In this document: piece after piece, positions 7,988 through 17,299 of the stretch
Layout of the letters: the number at the start of each line of letters is the position of its first letter
How positions within the stretch are numbered: the first letter of the stretch is position 1
Translations under genes and position numbers: made by a program
Notes under the pieces: model-generated
What the model saw: only the letters and a program-made list of their open reading frames with translations
Told to the model about the DNA's origin: nothing
The model's database searches: none
NCBI GenBank assembly: GCA_963725775.1
Contig: CAVRZT010000001.1
Span: 675,568 to 739,567 of the forward strand
DNA length: 64,000 nt
DNA from: an uncultured Actinomycetes bacterium
Lineage (GTDB): Bacteria; Actinomycetota; Acidimicrobiia; IMCC26256; DASPTH01
Direction of reading: 5' to 3'

Positions 7988-9343
7988 GTGATCCTGCAGA
8001 GGGGGGCCTCGGTGCAGACACTCGATCACGAGCAGCAGATCACGCTCGAACAGCTCGATCGGCGTCCGGACGCCACCGACACCGCTCCACCGCCTCCGGG
8101 CCGGACCATCTCGGTCGCCTGGGTGTTGCGGTGGGCGATGGCGTTGCTGATGCTCGGCGCCGCCGGCATCCACTTCGCGGCGATGGGCGAGCACGCCGGG
8201 GTGTCGTGGACCCACGGTCTCTTCTTCGGGTTCGCCGCGTGGGTGCAGATCATGCTGGCCGCGTTCCTCGTGCTCGGACCGGCACGGCGTTCGATCCAGG
8301 CGATGATCGTGTTCAACTTCGCGGTGATCGCGGTGTGGCTCGTGTCGCGCACCGTCGGCATCGCCGTCGGCACCGACGGCACGCCGGAGTCCATCGAGTT
8401 CGCCGACGCGCTGTGCGCGGCGTTCGAGGTGGTCGCCATCGGGCTCGGGCTCCTCGTCATCTGTGGCGGTGTGGCGCGCAGGCGCATCCGCGTCGGCGCG
8501 GCTTGGGCCTTCACCGGTTTCGTCGCGATCGTCGTCGCGGCGCTGTCCAGCTTCGGGTTCAGCCCCGCGATCGCGGACGGCAGCGGTGGAGGTCACTCGC
8601 ACGCCGACGCGACCGTCGCGGCCGGAGGCGGCGCTGCCGCCGCGGCGGCCGGGGCGTCGGGTGCCGGTGCCGAGACCACCGCGCACGTGCACGGCTCGAC
8701 CGGCTCGACCGGGCTGACCGACCTGAACGGCCACCCGATCAAGGGTGTCAAGGCGGCCGACGTCGCCGCGGAAGCGCAGCCCGACGTGCCGCTCGACCCC
8801 GCGACCCGGGCCACGCTCCAGCAGCAGCTCGTCGTCGCCCGCGACACCGCGATGCGCTACCCGACGACCGCCGACGCGGTGGCGGCGGGCTACCACGTCG
8901 TCGGTGGCTTCGGCCCCGGGAGTGGCGCGCACTACATCGGCGGGTACGGCGGTGTCTTCGGCGGTGCCTTCGACCCCAGTAAGCCCTTGGCACTGATCTA
9001 CGACGGCGCGAGCCCGACCTCCCAGATGGTCGGCCTCATGTACTACGCCATGGGCAACACGGCACCGGAAGGGTTCGCGGGGCCGAACGACCACTGGCAC
9101 CGCCACAGCAACGTGTGCACGAGGGGAGCCGAGGTCTTGTCCCCGCCCGACGCGGACATCTCCCAGGCGGACTGCACGGCGCTCGGCGGGTCTTTCATGA
9201 CGATCACCGGCTGGATGGTGCACGCGTGGGTCGTGCCCTCGTGGGAGAGCCCCGACGGCGTCTTCTCACACGAGAACCCCAACCTGCGCTGCGCCGACGG
9301 CACGTTCAACACCGACAAGATCGGCGCGTGTCAGGGTTCGTAG
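7988..9343 (+). CDS. Hypothetical membrane protein with extracytoplasmic Cys/His-rich domain
   Basis: About 5 predicted TM helices (8080-8560), then a Gly/Ala/His-rich linker (GGGHSHADAT..TTAHVHG), then a C-terminal domain with HWHRHSNVC. The start is uncertain (GTG 7988 or downstream). Confidence 0.6.
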   Translation: MILQRGASVQTLDHEQQITLEQLDRRPDATDTAPPPPGRTISVAWVLRWAMALLMLGAAGIHFAAMGEHAGVSWTHGLFFGFAAWVQIMLAAFLVLGPARRSIQAMIVFNFAVIAVWLVSRTVGIAVGTDGTPESIEFADALCAAFEVVAIGLGLLVICGGVARRRIRVGAAWAFTGFVAIVVAALSSFGFSPAIADGSGGGHSHADATVAAGGGAAAAAAGASGAGAETTAHVHGSTGSTGLTDLNGHPIKGVKAADVAAEAQPDVPLDPATRATLQQQLVVARDTAMRYPTTADAVAAGYHVVGGFGPGSGAHYIGGYGGVFGGAFDPSKPLALIYDGASPTSQMVGLMYYAMGNTAPEGFAGPNDHWHRHSNVCTRGAEVLSPPDADISQADCTALGGSFMTITGWMVHAWVVPSWESPDGVFSHENPNLRCADGTFNTDKIGACQGS

Positions 9344-9354
9344 CGAGATGCGGT

Positions 9355-9378
9355 GTCCGATCACGGATGTGATCGGAC
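9355..9378. terminator. Perfect 10-bp stem / 4-nt loop hairpin between convergent genes
   Basis: GTCCGATCAC-GGAT-GTGATCGGAC lies between the stop at 9343 (+) and the stop at 9402 (-). There is no U-tract. Confidence 0.45.
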
Positions 9379-9401
9379 CCGAGCGGTGCAAACGTCCCGG
9401 G

Positions 9402-10247
9402 TCAGACGCGAGCGCTCACGATGAGTGCTGCAGCCCCCAGCCTGAGCTCGTCGGCTTCGACCCGCTCGACGAGCGCGTTCCGCACGGCCTGCAGGATGGA
9501 CGACGCAGTGTCGCGATCGGCCGTCCGAAGTGCCTCGCGAACCGGTCCGACTCGGCTGGAGAGCGTCACGAGCGACTCGATCTGCGAACGAGGAATCACG
9601 ATCGATTCGTCGTGCACGGTGACCTCGATCTGTGTGAAGTCCGCCTCCGCGAGCAAAGCGGTGACTCGCTGAGGATCTTCCAACGAGAACGGTCCCGGTT
9701 CCCCTGGGCCCGGCATCGGGGGTAGCGCGCCCGTCACGGTGACAACGGCGGATCCCGGAACGAACATCCACTCGTTGGCGAAGACGTTCGCCCAGCACGC
9801 GAACGCCAGCCTTCCCCTTGGGCGCAACGACGAACGGATATTCGTGAACGCGGCCGCAGGATCGGCGAAGAACATCACTCCGAATCGCGAGTACGCCGCG
9901 TCGAAGACCGCATCCCCGAGATCGTCGACTTGTGCATCAGCGGACAGGAAGGTCGCGTGCTCGACGCCGGCTGTGGCCGCACGTTGCCGAGCGGCAGCCA
10001 CCATCGCGGGAGCAATGTCGACCCCGACCGCCTCGCCGTCGGGACCGATGGCTTCCGCAAGAGTGAGCGTCGTCGCGCCGCTGCCGCACCCGATGTCGAG
10101 CACGCGCGCTCCGCTGCGCAGCGCGAGCCGGCTCATGGCGGCGGCACCGAATGGAGCGGACACCATCTCGGTGTGGTCCGCGGAGGCGAGCCAATCGGGC
10201 GCAAGGTTCTCCCAGAACTCGAACTGCTCCCGGTTCGCTGTGGCCAC
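9402..10247 (-). CDS. Class I SAM-dependent methyltransferase
   Basis: 281 aa. SAM-binding motif VLDIGCGSGATT followed by VGVDIAPAM. Confidence 0.85.
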   Translation of the reverse strand: MATANREQFEFWENLAPDWLASADHTEMVSAPFGAAAMSRLALRSGARVLDIGCGSGATTLTLAEAIGPDGEAVGVDIAPAMVAAARQRAATAGVEHATFLSADAQVDDLGDAVFDAAYSRFGVMFFADPAAAFTNIRSSLRPRGRLAFACWANVFANEWMFVPGSAVVTVTGALPPMPGPGEPGPFSLEDPQRVTALLAEADFTQIEVTVHDESIVIPRSQIESLVTLSSRVGPVREALRTADRDTASSILQAVRNALVERVEADELRLGAAALIVSARV

Positions 10248-10350
10248 GCCGCGACACTACGCGGTATGCCCGGCCCCGCCGCAGAGTTGGGCCGACCATG
10301 CGCGTCGGACTCATCGGATCCGCAGCCCGCTCGCTGCCGCTGGTTGATCG

Positions 10351-11760
10351 CTACGGCTTGACGGTGCGGCCCTTGGTGTTCACCGGGATGAGGCAGATGG
10401 TGTCCTCCGGCGGGGCCGGGAGCTTGCAGGGGTAGGTGGCGCGGGCCTCGAACGCGGTGGTCGGCGTCGTCTTCTTGTCGATGTAGACGGCGACGGGCGC
10501 ACCGCCGATCCCGCCGATCGGGTCGGGCGGGAGCTTCCGGAGCGCGTCGACGAACGTCTGCTGCGTCAGGTTCTCACCCGCGTCGTACATCGCGCGCGCC
10601 ACGATCCGCATGTTGGTGCACGAGAGCGCGACGACGCCCCACTTCGTGTAGCCCTCGGTGTCGGGCTCGAACGCGTCGCCGGTCGTGGTGTGCTTGGCGT
10701 AGGTGTCGTTGCACATCACGCCGATGGGTGGAGCCCCGAAACCGGGGAGGCGCCAGTCGCCGGCGACCGTGGCCGACACGACGGTGGCGCCCTTGTAGTA
10801 GTCGGCGACCTCCTTGCCACCCACCTGCAGCACCTTGCTCTGTACGAGGTCGGTGACGAGCGCGTTGTACGACGACTCGTACAACTTCGCCTTCATCCCG
10901 GCGCGCATCATCTCGTTCACGTACCCGGGCAACGTGGTCGCGGTGAGGACCGGGAGTACCACGTCGGGCTTGGCGGCCGCCAGCTTCATCACCGACTGTG
11001 GGATCGGCTGCGTGCAGACGATGTTGCCCTGGCACGGCATCACGTCGTACACGGCCACGTTCACCCCCGCCTTCTTCAGTGGATCCACCAGCGCTCGCTG
11101 GGTCACGTCGGCCTGGTCGGGGAGATCCGTCGCCACGACCGCGACCTTCTTGCCCTTCAGTGCGCCCGTCGCCACGAGGTCACCGGCCAGGAGCCGGAGC
11201 AGCCCGTCACCCGAGGGCCCGTACGACGCCAGGCGGCCGTTGGTCGACTGGTACGCAGAGTCCGGCGCGCCCCCGACGTACACGAGCGGTGTCTTGTGGT
11301 CGCCCGCGACGCAGATCGGCCCGGTGCCGGTGAGCGTGTTCGAATTGACGACGACGAAGGCCTTGTCGTCCTCGGTCGCGGCGATGCAGGCGGCGTCGCG
11401 GCTCGCGGGATTCGTGGGGTCGTACTCCTCGTTCTCCAGGACCACCTTGCGACCCCGGATGCCGCCGCACGCGTTGATCTGGTCGGTGAACACCTGGAAC
11501 ATGTCGTTGACGTCGCCGACGGGGAGCGAGTACCCGAGCGGTTCGTACTTCTCGAGCTGCGACCGGATCTGCACGACCTTGATCGTGCCCTTGGTCGGCG
11601 CGGGGCCCGTCTTGGTGCAGAAGGCGTCGGTCGGCGCGAACGGATTCGCCGACGCGTCGGCTGCGGTGCTCACCGCGCCTGCCGGCGCGACCAGTGCGAG
11701 TGCGACCGCGGCGACGCACGCGGCCACGAGAACACGAGCCCCCCGATTCACGTCGAGCAC
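10351..11760 (-). CDS. ABC-transporter substrate-binding protein (Leu/Ile/Val-binding-like, type 1 PBP)
   Basis: 469 aa. N-terminal signal/anchor RVLVAACVAAVALALVAPAGA. Overall resemblance to branched-chain amino-acid-type binding proteins. No cognate permease or ATPase in the window. Confidence 0.8.
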   Translation of the reverse strand: MLDVNRGARVLVAACVAAVALALVAPAGAVSTAADASANPFAPTDAFCTKTGPAPTKGTIKVVQIRSQLEKYEPLGYSLPVGDVNDMFQVFTDQINACGGIRGRKVVLENEEYDPTNPASRDAACIAATEDDKAFVVVNSNTLTGTGPICVAGDHKTPLVYVGGAPDSAYQSTNGRLASYGPSGDGLLRLLAGDLVATGALKGKKVAVVATDLPDQADVTQRALVDPLKKAGVNVAVYDVMPCQGNIVCTQPIPQSVMKLAAAKPDVVLPVLTATTLPGYVNEMMRAGMKAKLYESSYNALVTDLVQSKVLQVGGKEVADYYKGATVVSATVAGDWRLPGFGAPPIGVMCNDTYAKHTTTGDAFEPDTEGYTKWGVVALSCTNMRIVARAMYDAGENLTQQTFVDALRKLPPDPIGGIGGAPVAVYIDKKTTPTTAFEARATYPCKLPAPPEDTICLIPVNTKGRTVKP

Positions 11761-11778
11761 GCTAGATGCCCGTGGTGC

Positions 11779-12624
11779 TCACGCGCGGTCGCGCGCCTCC
11801 GCGGTGCGGTAGTCGCCGAACGGCGTGTCGCGCTTGGTGAGGGTGTCGGTGAGCCCGCGGGCCTGGATGTCGGCCACGAACTTCTTCATGGTCTCGGTGT
11901 GGGTCGCCAGCGCGCTCAGCTCGGTGCCGGCCCGGATCGACGACCGGAGACCCATGACCTCCATCGCCCGGTGCACGGTGCGCTTGTTGATCTGCACGAG
12001 GTCGCTCGGGATCTGGGCGATGCGGTCGGCGATCGCGAGCACGTTCTGCTCGAGCTCCTCGACCGGATAGGCGCGGTTGGCCCAGCCCAGTTGCGCCGCC
12101 TCGACGCCCGAGAACGAGTCGCCGGTGAGCATCGACTCCATGCCCGCGCGCATGCCGAACAACCACGCGTGGTACTGCATGTCGGGTGTGCCGAAGCGCA
12201 CCGCGGGATAGCCGATCTTGGCGTCTTCCGCGACGTAGACGAGGTCGCACCCGGTGGCGAGCTCGCTGCCGCCGGCGAGGCAGTAGCCGTGCACCTGCGC
12301 GATCACCGGCTTGGCGAGATCCCAGATGCTCATCCAGCCGTTGGTGACCCCGCGCATGTACGAGCCCTCGCCGTCGGCGTTGTAGTCGAGGGGCTCGCCC
12401 TGCGCGTTCGGGTCCCCCGACAGGTCGTAGCCGGCGCTGAAGCACTTGCCCGCGCCGCGGATGATGGTGACGCGCACCTCGGGGTCACGGTCGAGCTCGC
12501 GCGTCGCGGCGAGGATCTCCCGGCGGAGGTCGGCGTTGAGCGCGTTGCGCTTCTCGGGCCGGTTCAGGGTGATGCGACGGACCACGGGCGCGGGGTCGTC
12601 GATCAGGATCAGCGAGTAGCTCAT
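11779..12624 (-). CDS. Enoyl-CoA hydratase/isomerase (crotonase) family
   Basis: Start MSYSLILIDD at 12624. Motifs ITLNRPEKRNAL, FSAGYDL, HGYCLAGGSELA. Confidence 0.85.
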   Translation of the reverse strand: MSYSLILIDDPAPVVRRITLNRPEKRNALNADLRREILAATRELDRDPEVRVTIIRGAGKCFSAGYDLSGDPNAQGEPLDYNADGEGSYMRGVTNGWMSIWDLAKPVIAQVHGYCLAGGSELATGCDLVYVAEDAKIGYPAVRFGTPDMQYHAWLFGMRAGMESMLTGDSFSGVEAAQLGWANRAYPVEELEQNVLAIADRIAQIPSDLVQINKRTVHRAMEVMGLRSSIRAGTELSALATHTETMKKFVADIQARGLTDTLTKRDTPFGDYRTAEARDRA

Positions 12625-12673
12625 GACCGGAACGTAGGTCAGGTCATGACCCCGACGCCACCAGAGCGGGGCG

Positions 12674-14394
12674 CTACCGGGCGGTGACGGTGTCGGTGTC
12701 GCGACCGGAGCGCAGCACGACGCCCGGCGTGGCGCCGGTGGCTGCGCCGTCTTCGACGATCGGCACCCCGCCCACCAGCACGCGCACGATGCCCTTCGAA
12801 CCGGCGGTGAGCCGGGCCGAGTCGCCGGGCAGGTCGGCGACCAGCGTCGCGTCGTCGGCGTCGACGGTGGCGGGATCGAAGACGACGACGTCGGCGACCG
12901 CGCCCTCGCACAGCACGCCGCGGTCGCGCAGCCCGAACAGCGACGCCGGCGCGCTGGTGATGAGCTGGACCGCCCGCTCGAGCGACACCAGCTGACGACC
13001 ACGGAGGCAGTCGGCGAGGAAACGGGTCGTGTAGGGCGCGCCGCACATGCGGTCGAGGTGCGCGCCGGCGTCGGACCCGCCGATCATCGCCCGCGGGTCG
13101 TTCCACACCTCGCGGCGCAGGTCCCACGAGGACTCGTCGTCGTCCTGCGGGATGGGCCACAGGACGGTGCGCAACTCGTCGGCGATCACGATGTCGAGCA
13201 GCGTGCCGAAGTTCGACTGACCGCGCTCGCGCGCGATGTCGCGTACGACCCGACCGCGCAGCTCCTCGTTCTCGGGCGCGTACATGTCACCGAGGCGGTA
13301 GTCGCCGAAGTCGGCGAGGCGACGGAACACACCCGCCTCGGGCGACTGCGACCACTCGAGCATCTGCAGCCGGGTCTCGGGATCGCGGAGACGCACGATG
13401 CGCTCCGGCACCGGCACGCTGAGCACGTCGCTCCAGCCGGGGATCAGCCAGATCCCGCAGAAGTTGAGGAAGCTCATGTTCATCGGGACCTGCACCGGCA
13501 TGGTGAGCGCGACCAGCTGCCCGCCGAGCTCGCGGCGCGGTCGCCGGCCGAGAGCTGGCGCGGCACGCGCTCGGGTTCGCGCGCGTCGACGGTGAGCACG
13601 TTCCAGTTCAGCGGCCGGTTGGCCGCCGCGCTCACCGAGCCGAGCAGCTCGATCTCGTCGTCGGAGAACTGGTCGAGGCAGCCCTGCACGATGCCCTCGA
13701 GCGTGGTGCCCGGGTGCGCGCCCGTCTCCTCGCTCATGGCGAGGAGCTCCTCGGGCGTGGCCCAGCGGCTCGCTACCGGCTGGCCGTCGCCGTCGCTGTG
13801 CGACGACGACTGCGTGAACGAGAAGCCGAGCGCGCCGGCGTCGAGCGCGCGGCCGAGCTCGGCGCGCATCTCGGCGATCTGCTCGGTGGTCGCCTCGCTG
13901 CCGACCGCGTCGGCACCCATCACGTAGCGGCGGATGGCGCAGTGCCCGACGAGGAAGCCGGCGTTGACCGCGATCGTGCCCTCGAACCGGTCGAGGTACT
14001 CGGCGAAGGTCTCCCACTTCCAGTCGACGCCGTGCTCGAGCGCGGGGAGCGGCATGCCCTCGACCCGCGCCATCATCCGGCGCAGGTAGTCGGCGTCGCC
14101 GTCGCGCAACGGGGCGAGGGTGAAGCCGCAGTTCCCGCCGATGACGGTGGTGACGCCGTGCACGCTCGACGGGCTCGCGGTCGGGTCCCACAGCAGCTGC
14201 GCGTCGTAGTGGGTGTGCGGGTCGACGAAGCCGGGGGCGACGACCAGGCCGTCGGCGTCGACGACGGTGGCGGCGGGCTCGTCGATGGTGCCGATGGCGA
14301 CGATGCGCCCGTCGGCGATGCCGACGTCGGCGACCACCCCCGGCGCTCCCGTGCCGTCGACGACCGTCGCGCCCTTGATGATCTCGTCGAGCAT
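12674..14394 (-). pseudogene. N-acyl-D-amino-acid deacylase (D-aminoacylase)-family amidohydrolase, one frameshift
   Basis: The N-terminal piece (MLDEIIKGATVVDGTG..GFVDPHTHYD..NWNVLTVDAREPERVPRQLSAGDRAA) continues in another frame (ELGGQLVALTMPV..GGSDAGAHLDRM..). The switch is near 13530-13538 and is consistent with one missing C. Confidence 0.7.
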
Positions 14395-14423
14395 GGGATC
14401 CCCCGATGTGGCGCCGGCACAAG

Positions 14424-14440
14424 TCTGACGGACCGTCAGA
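14424..14440. promoter_or_regulatory. Operator-like palindrome copy 3, perfect (TCTGACGGACCGTCAGA)
   Basis: Perfect 8+1+8 palindrome in the divergent region between starts 14394 (-) and 14560 (+). Confidence 0.6.
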
Positions 14441-14559
14441 TTGTAGCCTTGGCGCCGCACGATCGATCATGGCGGTACACGACCAGGAGTCGCAGCAGCG
14501 CCGTTGCCGGAGGCGGGACGGCGCTGCGGAGTCGACCGACGAACGAGGGGACCAGGCGA

Positions 14560-16032
14560 ATGGCCGACTGGCAGAACCACGAGTGGAAGCTCCTGATCGG
14601 GGGCGAGCTCGTCGCCGGGGAGGCCGGCACGGCGCCGATCGTGAACCCGGCGACCGAGGAGGTCGTCGGCGAAGCGCCCGAGGCGTCGGTCGCGCAGGCG
14701 CAGGAAGCCGCCCGCGCCGCGCAGGAGGCCTTCCCGGCGTGGTCGGCGACGCCGGCCGAGGAGCGCGCCGCGCTGCTGCTCGCGGCGGCGAACCGCCTGG
14801 GCGAGCTCGGGCCCGACCTCGTGCCGCTGATCATCTCCGAGACCGGCGCGACCGCGACCGTCGGCTCGCGCATGCAGGTGCCGGTCGCGCTCGAGCGCTT
14901 CCACCGCTACGCCCGCGACGCGACGAAGTCGATCGGCATCCCCATGCCGCCCCAGCCGGTGCAGTCGACGCCGCTCGCGCCCGGTGGGCTCATGGGCGCG
15001 TTCGTGAACCGTCAGCCGGTGGGCGCGGTGGCGTGCATCTCGCCGTACAACTTCCCGCTCACCAACATGGTGGGCAAGATCGCGCCCGCGCTCGCGGTCG
15101 GCTGCACCGTGGTGATGAAGCCTGCGCCGCAGGACCCGTTCGCCATCATCGTGCTCGCCGAGGTGCTCCGCGAGGTGGGCTTCCCGCCCGGGGTCGTGAA
15201 CCTGATCACGTCGGCGGCGCCCGACCCCGCGGCCGCGCTGAGCTCGAGCCGCGACATCGACATGGTGTCGTTCACCGGTTCCACCGCGGTCGGCGCCAAG
15301 ATCTACGAGGCCGGTGGCCCCACGATGAAGCGCATGCTGCTCGAGCTCGGCGGCAAGGGTGCCGCGCTGGTGCTCGACGACGCCGACATCGACGGCGCGG
15401 TCACCGCCATCGCCAGCGTGTGGGGGTTCCACAGCGGCCAGATCTGCACCGCGCCCACGCGCGCGATCGTGCACCGCAGCAAGTACGACGAGATGGTCGA
15501 GCGGCTCGCCGCGGTCGCCGGGAACATGAAGGTCGGCGACCCCCTCGACGAGGACACCATCGTCGGTCCGGTCATCTCCGCGGCCCAGCGCGACCGCATC
15601 GAGAGCTACGTCGCCGCCGGCGGCGATGAGGGCGCGGACATCGTGGTCGACGGTCGCCGTCCCGGCCACATGGAACGCGGCTACTACGTGGCGCCCACGC
15701 TGCTCGCCGGGTGCAAGCCGGAGATGAAGCCGGTGAAGGAAGAGATCTTCGGACCGGTGATCGTGGTGCTGCCGTTCGACGACGACGACGAAGCCGTCGC
15801 CGTCGCCAACAGCACCGACTTCGGGCTCTACGACTACGTGATGACCAGCGACACCGAGCGCGGGTTCCGGCTCGCCGGCCGCCTGCGTTCCGGCAACGTC
15901 GGCATCAACACCGCGCAGCGCAACATGGAGACGCCGTTCGGCGGCTTCAAGATGAGCGGCATCGGGCGTGACGGCGGCGACTTCGGGCTCCACGCGTACA
16001 CCGAGATGCAGTCGGTGGTGTGGCCCGCATGA
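14560..16032 (+). CDS. NAD(P)-dependent aldehyde dehydrogenase
   Basis: 490 aa. ELGGKGA, catalytic-Cys context SGQICTAPTR, FGGFKMSGIGR. Confidence 0.9.
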   Translation: MADWQNHEWKLLIGGELVAGEAGTAPIVNPATEEVVGEAPEASVAQAQEAARAAQEAFPAWSATPAEERAALLLAAANRLGELGPDLVPLIISETGATATVGSRMQVPVALERFHRYARDATKSIGIPMPPQPVQSTPLAPGGLMGAFVNRQPVGAVACISPYNFPLTNMVGKIAPALAVGCTVVMKPAPQDPFAIIVLAEVLREVGFPPGVVNLITSAAPDPAAALSSSRDIDMVSFTGSTAVGAKIYEAGGPTMKRMLLELGGKGAALVLDDADIDGAVTAIASVWGFHSGQICTAPTRAIVHRSKYDEMVERLAAVAGNMKVGDPLDEDTIVGPVISAAQRDRIESYVAAGGDEGADIVVDGRRPGHMERGYYVAPTLLAGCKPEMKPVKEEIFGPVIVVLPFDDDDEAVAVANSTDFGLYDYVMTSDTERGFRLAGRLRSGNVGINTAQRNMETPFGGFKMSGIGRDGGDFGLHAYTEMQSVVWPA

Positions 16033-17273
16033 CCGGAGTGTCGGACCGGCCCGCCATGCTCGAGGGCGTGCGCGTAGTCGAGTGCTCGCTGCTCGGCCCC
16101 GCCGCCATCACGTCGCATCTCGTCGACCTCGGCGCCGAGGTCATCAAGGTCGAGGCGCCCGCGGGTGACTACGGGCGCAAGATGACCTGGCCGCTGATGG
16201 AGGGCACGTCGCTGCTACACCTGCACGTGAACCGGGGCAAGCAGTCGCTGGTGCTGAACCTGAAGCAGCCCGAGGCGATCGCGGTGTTCGAGGACCTCGT
16301 GCGCGAGTCCGACGTCGTGATCGAGGCGATGCGCCCCGGCTTCCTCGCCAAGATGGGCCTCGGCTACGACCGGCTGAGGGAGCTCAACCCCAAGATCGTC
16401 ATGTGCACGATCTCGGGGTACGGCGCCACCGGCCCGTACCGCGACCTGCCGAGCCACGGCATCGCCTACGACGCGTGGTCGGGCACCATCCAGCCGGTGG
16501 TCGACGACGAGGGCTTCTGCCGCATCCCCGACCAGGCCAACATCGGGATCACCGCCGGCCCCGCCTTCGGTGCGATCGGCATCCTGGGTGCGCTCCTGCG
16601 TGCCGAGAAGACCGGTGAGGGCGCGTGCATGGAGATCGCGCAGTCCGACAGCTCCGCGTACTTCGACTGGTACCGCATCGAGACGTGGAAGGGCTACGAC
16701 GACTACCCCGATGACATCGTCACCGGGAACCCCAGTGACGACAACGAGCGACGCGCACCCGGACTCGGCGGTATGTGGGAGGGCGTCCGCTACCAGTACT
16801 ACGAGTCGTCCGACGGGCACATCCTCTTCATGGCGTCGGAGCAGTCGTTCTGGAAGAACTTCTGCGAGGGCGTCGGCCGCATGGATCTGTTCGAGAAGTG
16901 GCCGGGCAAGACCATCGCCGACCACGCGCGCGGCAACACGGAGCTCCAGGCCGAGCTGCGCGACATCTTCCGCACGCGCACGTCGCAGGAGTGGATCGAC
17001 TTCGCCGACGAGCACAACACCACCATCGCCCCCGCGAACACGGCGCAGACCGTGCGTCACGACCCGCAGTTCCAGGACCGGTTCCGGTGGACGACCTACG
17101 ACGAGGCCGGCGCCGACATGCTGCTGTTCCCGTTGCACGTCGAGGGCGAGGAGCTGCCGGTGCCGACCAAGGCGCCCGAGGTGGGGGAGCACACGGACCA
17201 GGTGCTCCGAGGTGTGCTCGGCTACGACGACGCCAAGCTCGCTGCGCTCCGCGACGCCGGCGCACTCGGGTAG
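16029..17273 (+). CDS. Family III (CaiB/BaiF) CoA-transferase
   Basis: ATG 16029 overlaps the ALDH stop (ATGA). N-terminal LEGVRVVECSLLGPAA..LGAEVIKVE and overall CaiB-like layout. 414 aa. Confidence 0.9.
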   Translation: MTGVSDRPAMLEGVRVVECSLLGPAAITSHLVDLGAEVIKVEAPAGDYGRKMTWPLMEGTSLLHLHVNRGKQSLVLNLKQPEAIAVFEDLVRESDVVIEAMRPGFLAKMGLGYDRLRELNPKIVMCTISGYGATGPYRDLPSHGIAYDAWSGTIQPVVDDEGFCRIPDQANIGITAGPAFGAIGILGALLRAEKTGEGACMEIAQSDSSAYFDWYRIETWKGYDDYPDDIVTGNPSDDNERRAPGLGGMWEGVRYQYYESSDGHILFMASEQSFWKNFCEGVGRMDLFEKWPGKTIADHARGNTELQAELRDIFRTRTSQEWIDFADEHNTTIAPANTAQTVRHDPQFQDRFRWTTYDEAGADMLLFPLHVEGEELPVPTKAPEVGEHTDQVLRGVLGYDDAKLAALRDAGALG

Positions 17274-17299
17274 TACGCCGACGCACGCAACGCGCATCT

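Noticed and set aside
12621-12651. Direct repeat TCATGACC..TCATGACC and palindrome GGTCATGACC between the crotonase start and the aminoacylase stop
   Set aside because: It is short, one copy is simply the start-codon region, and it does not recur elsewhere.
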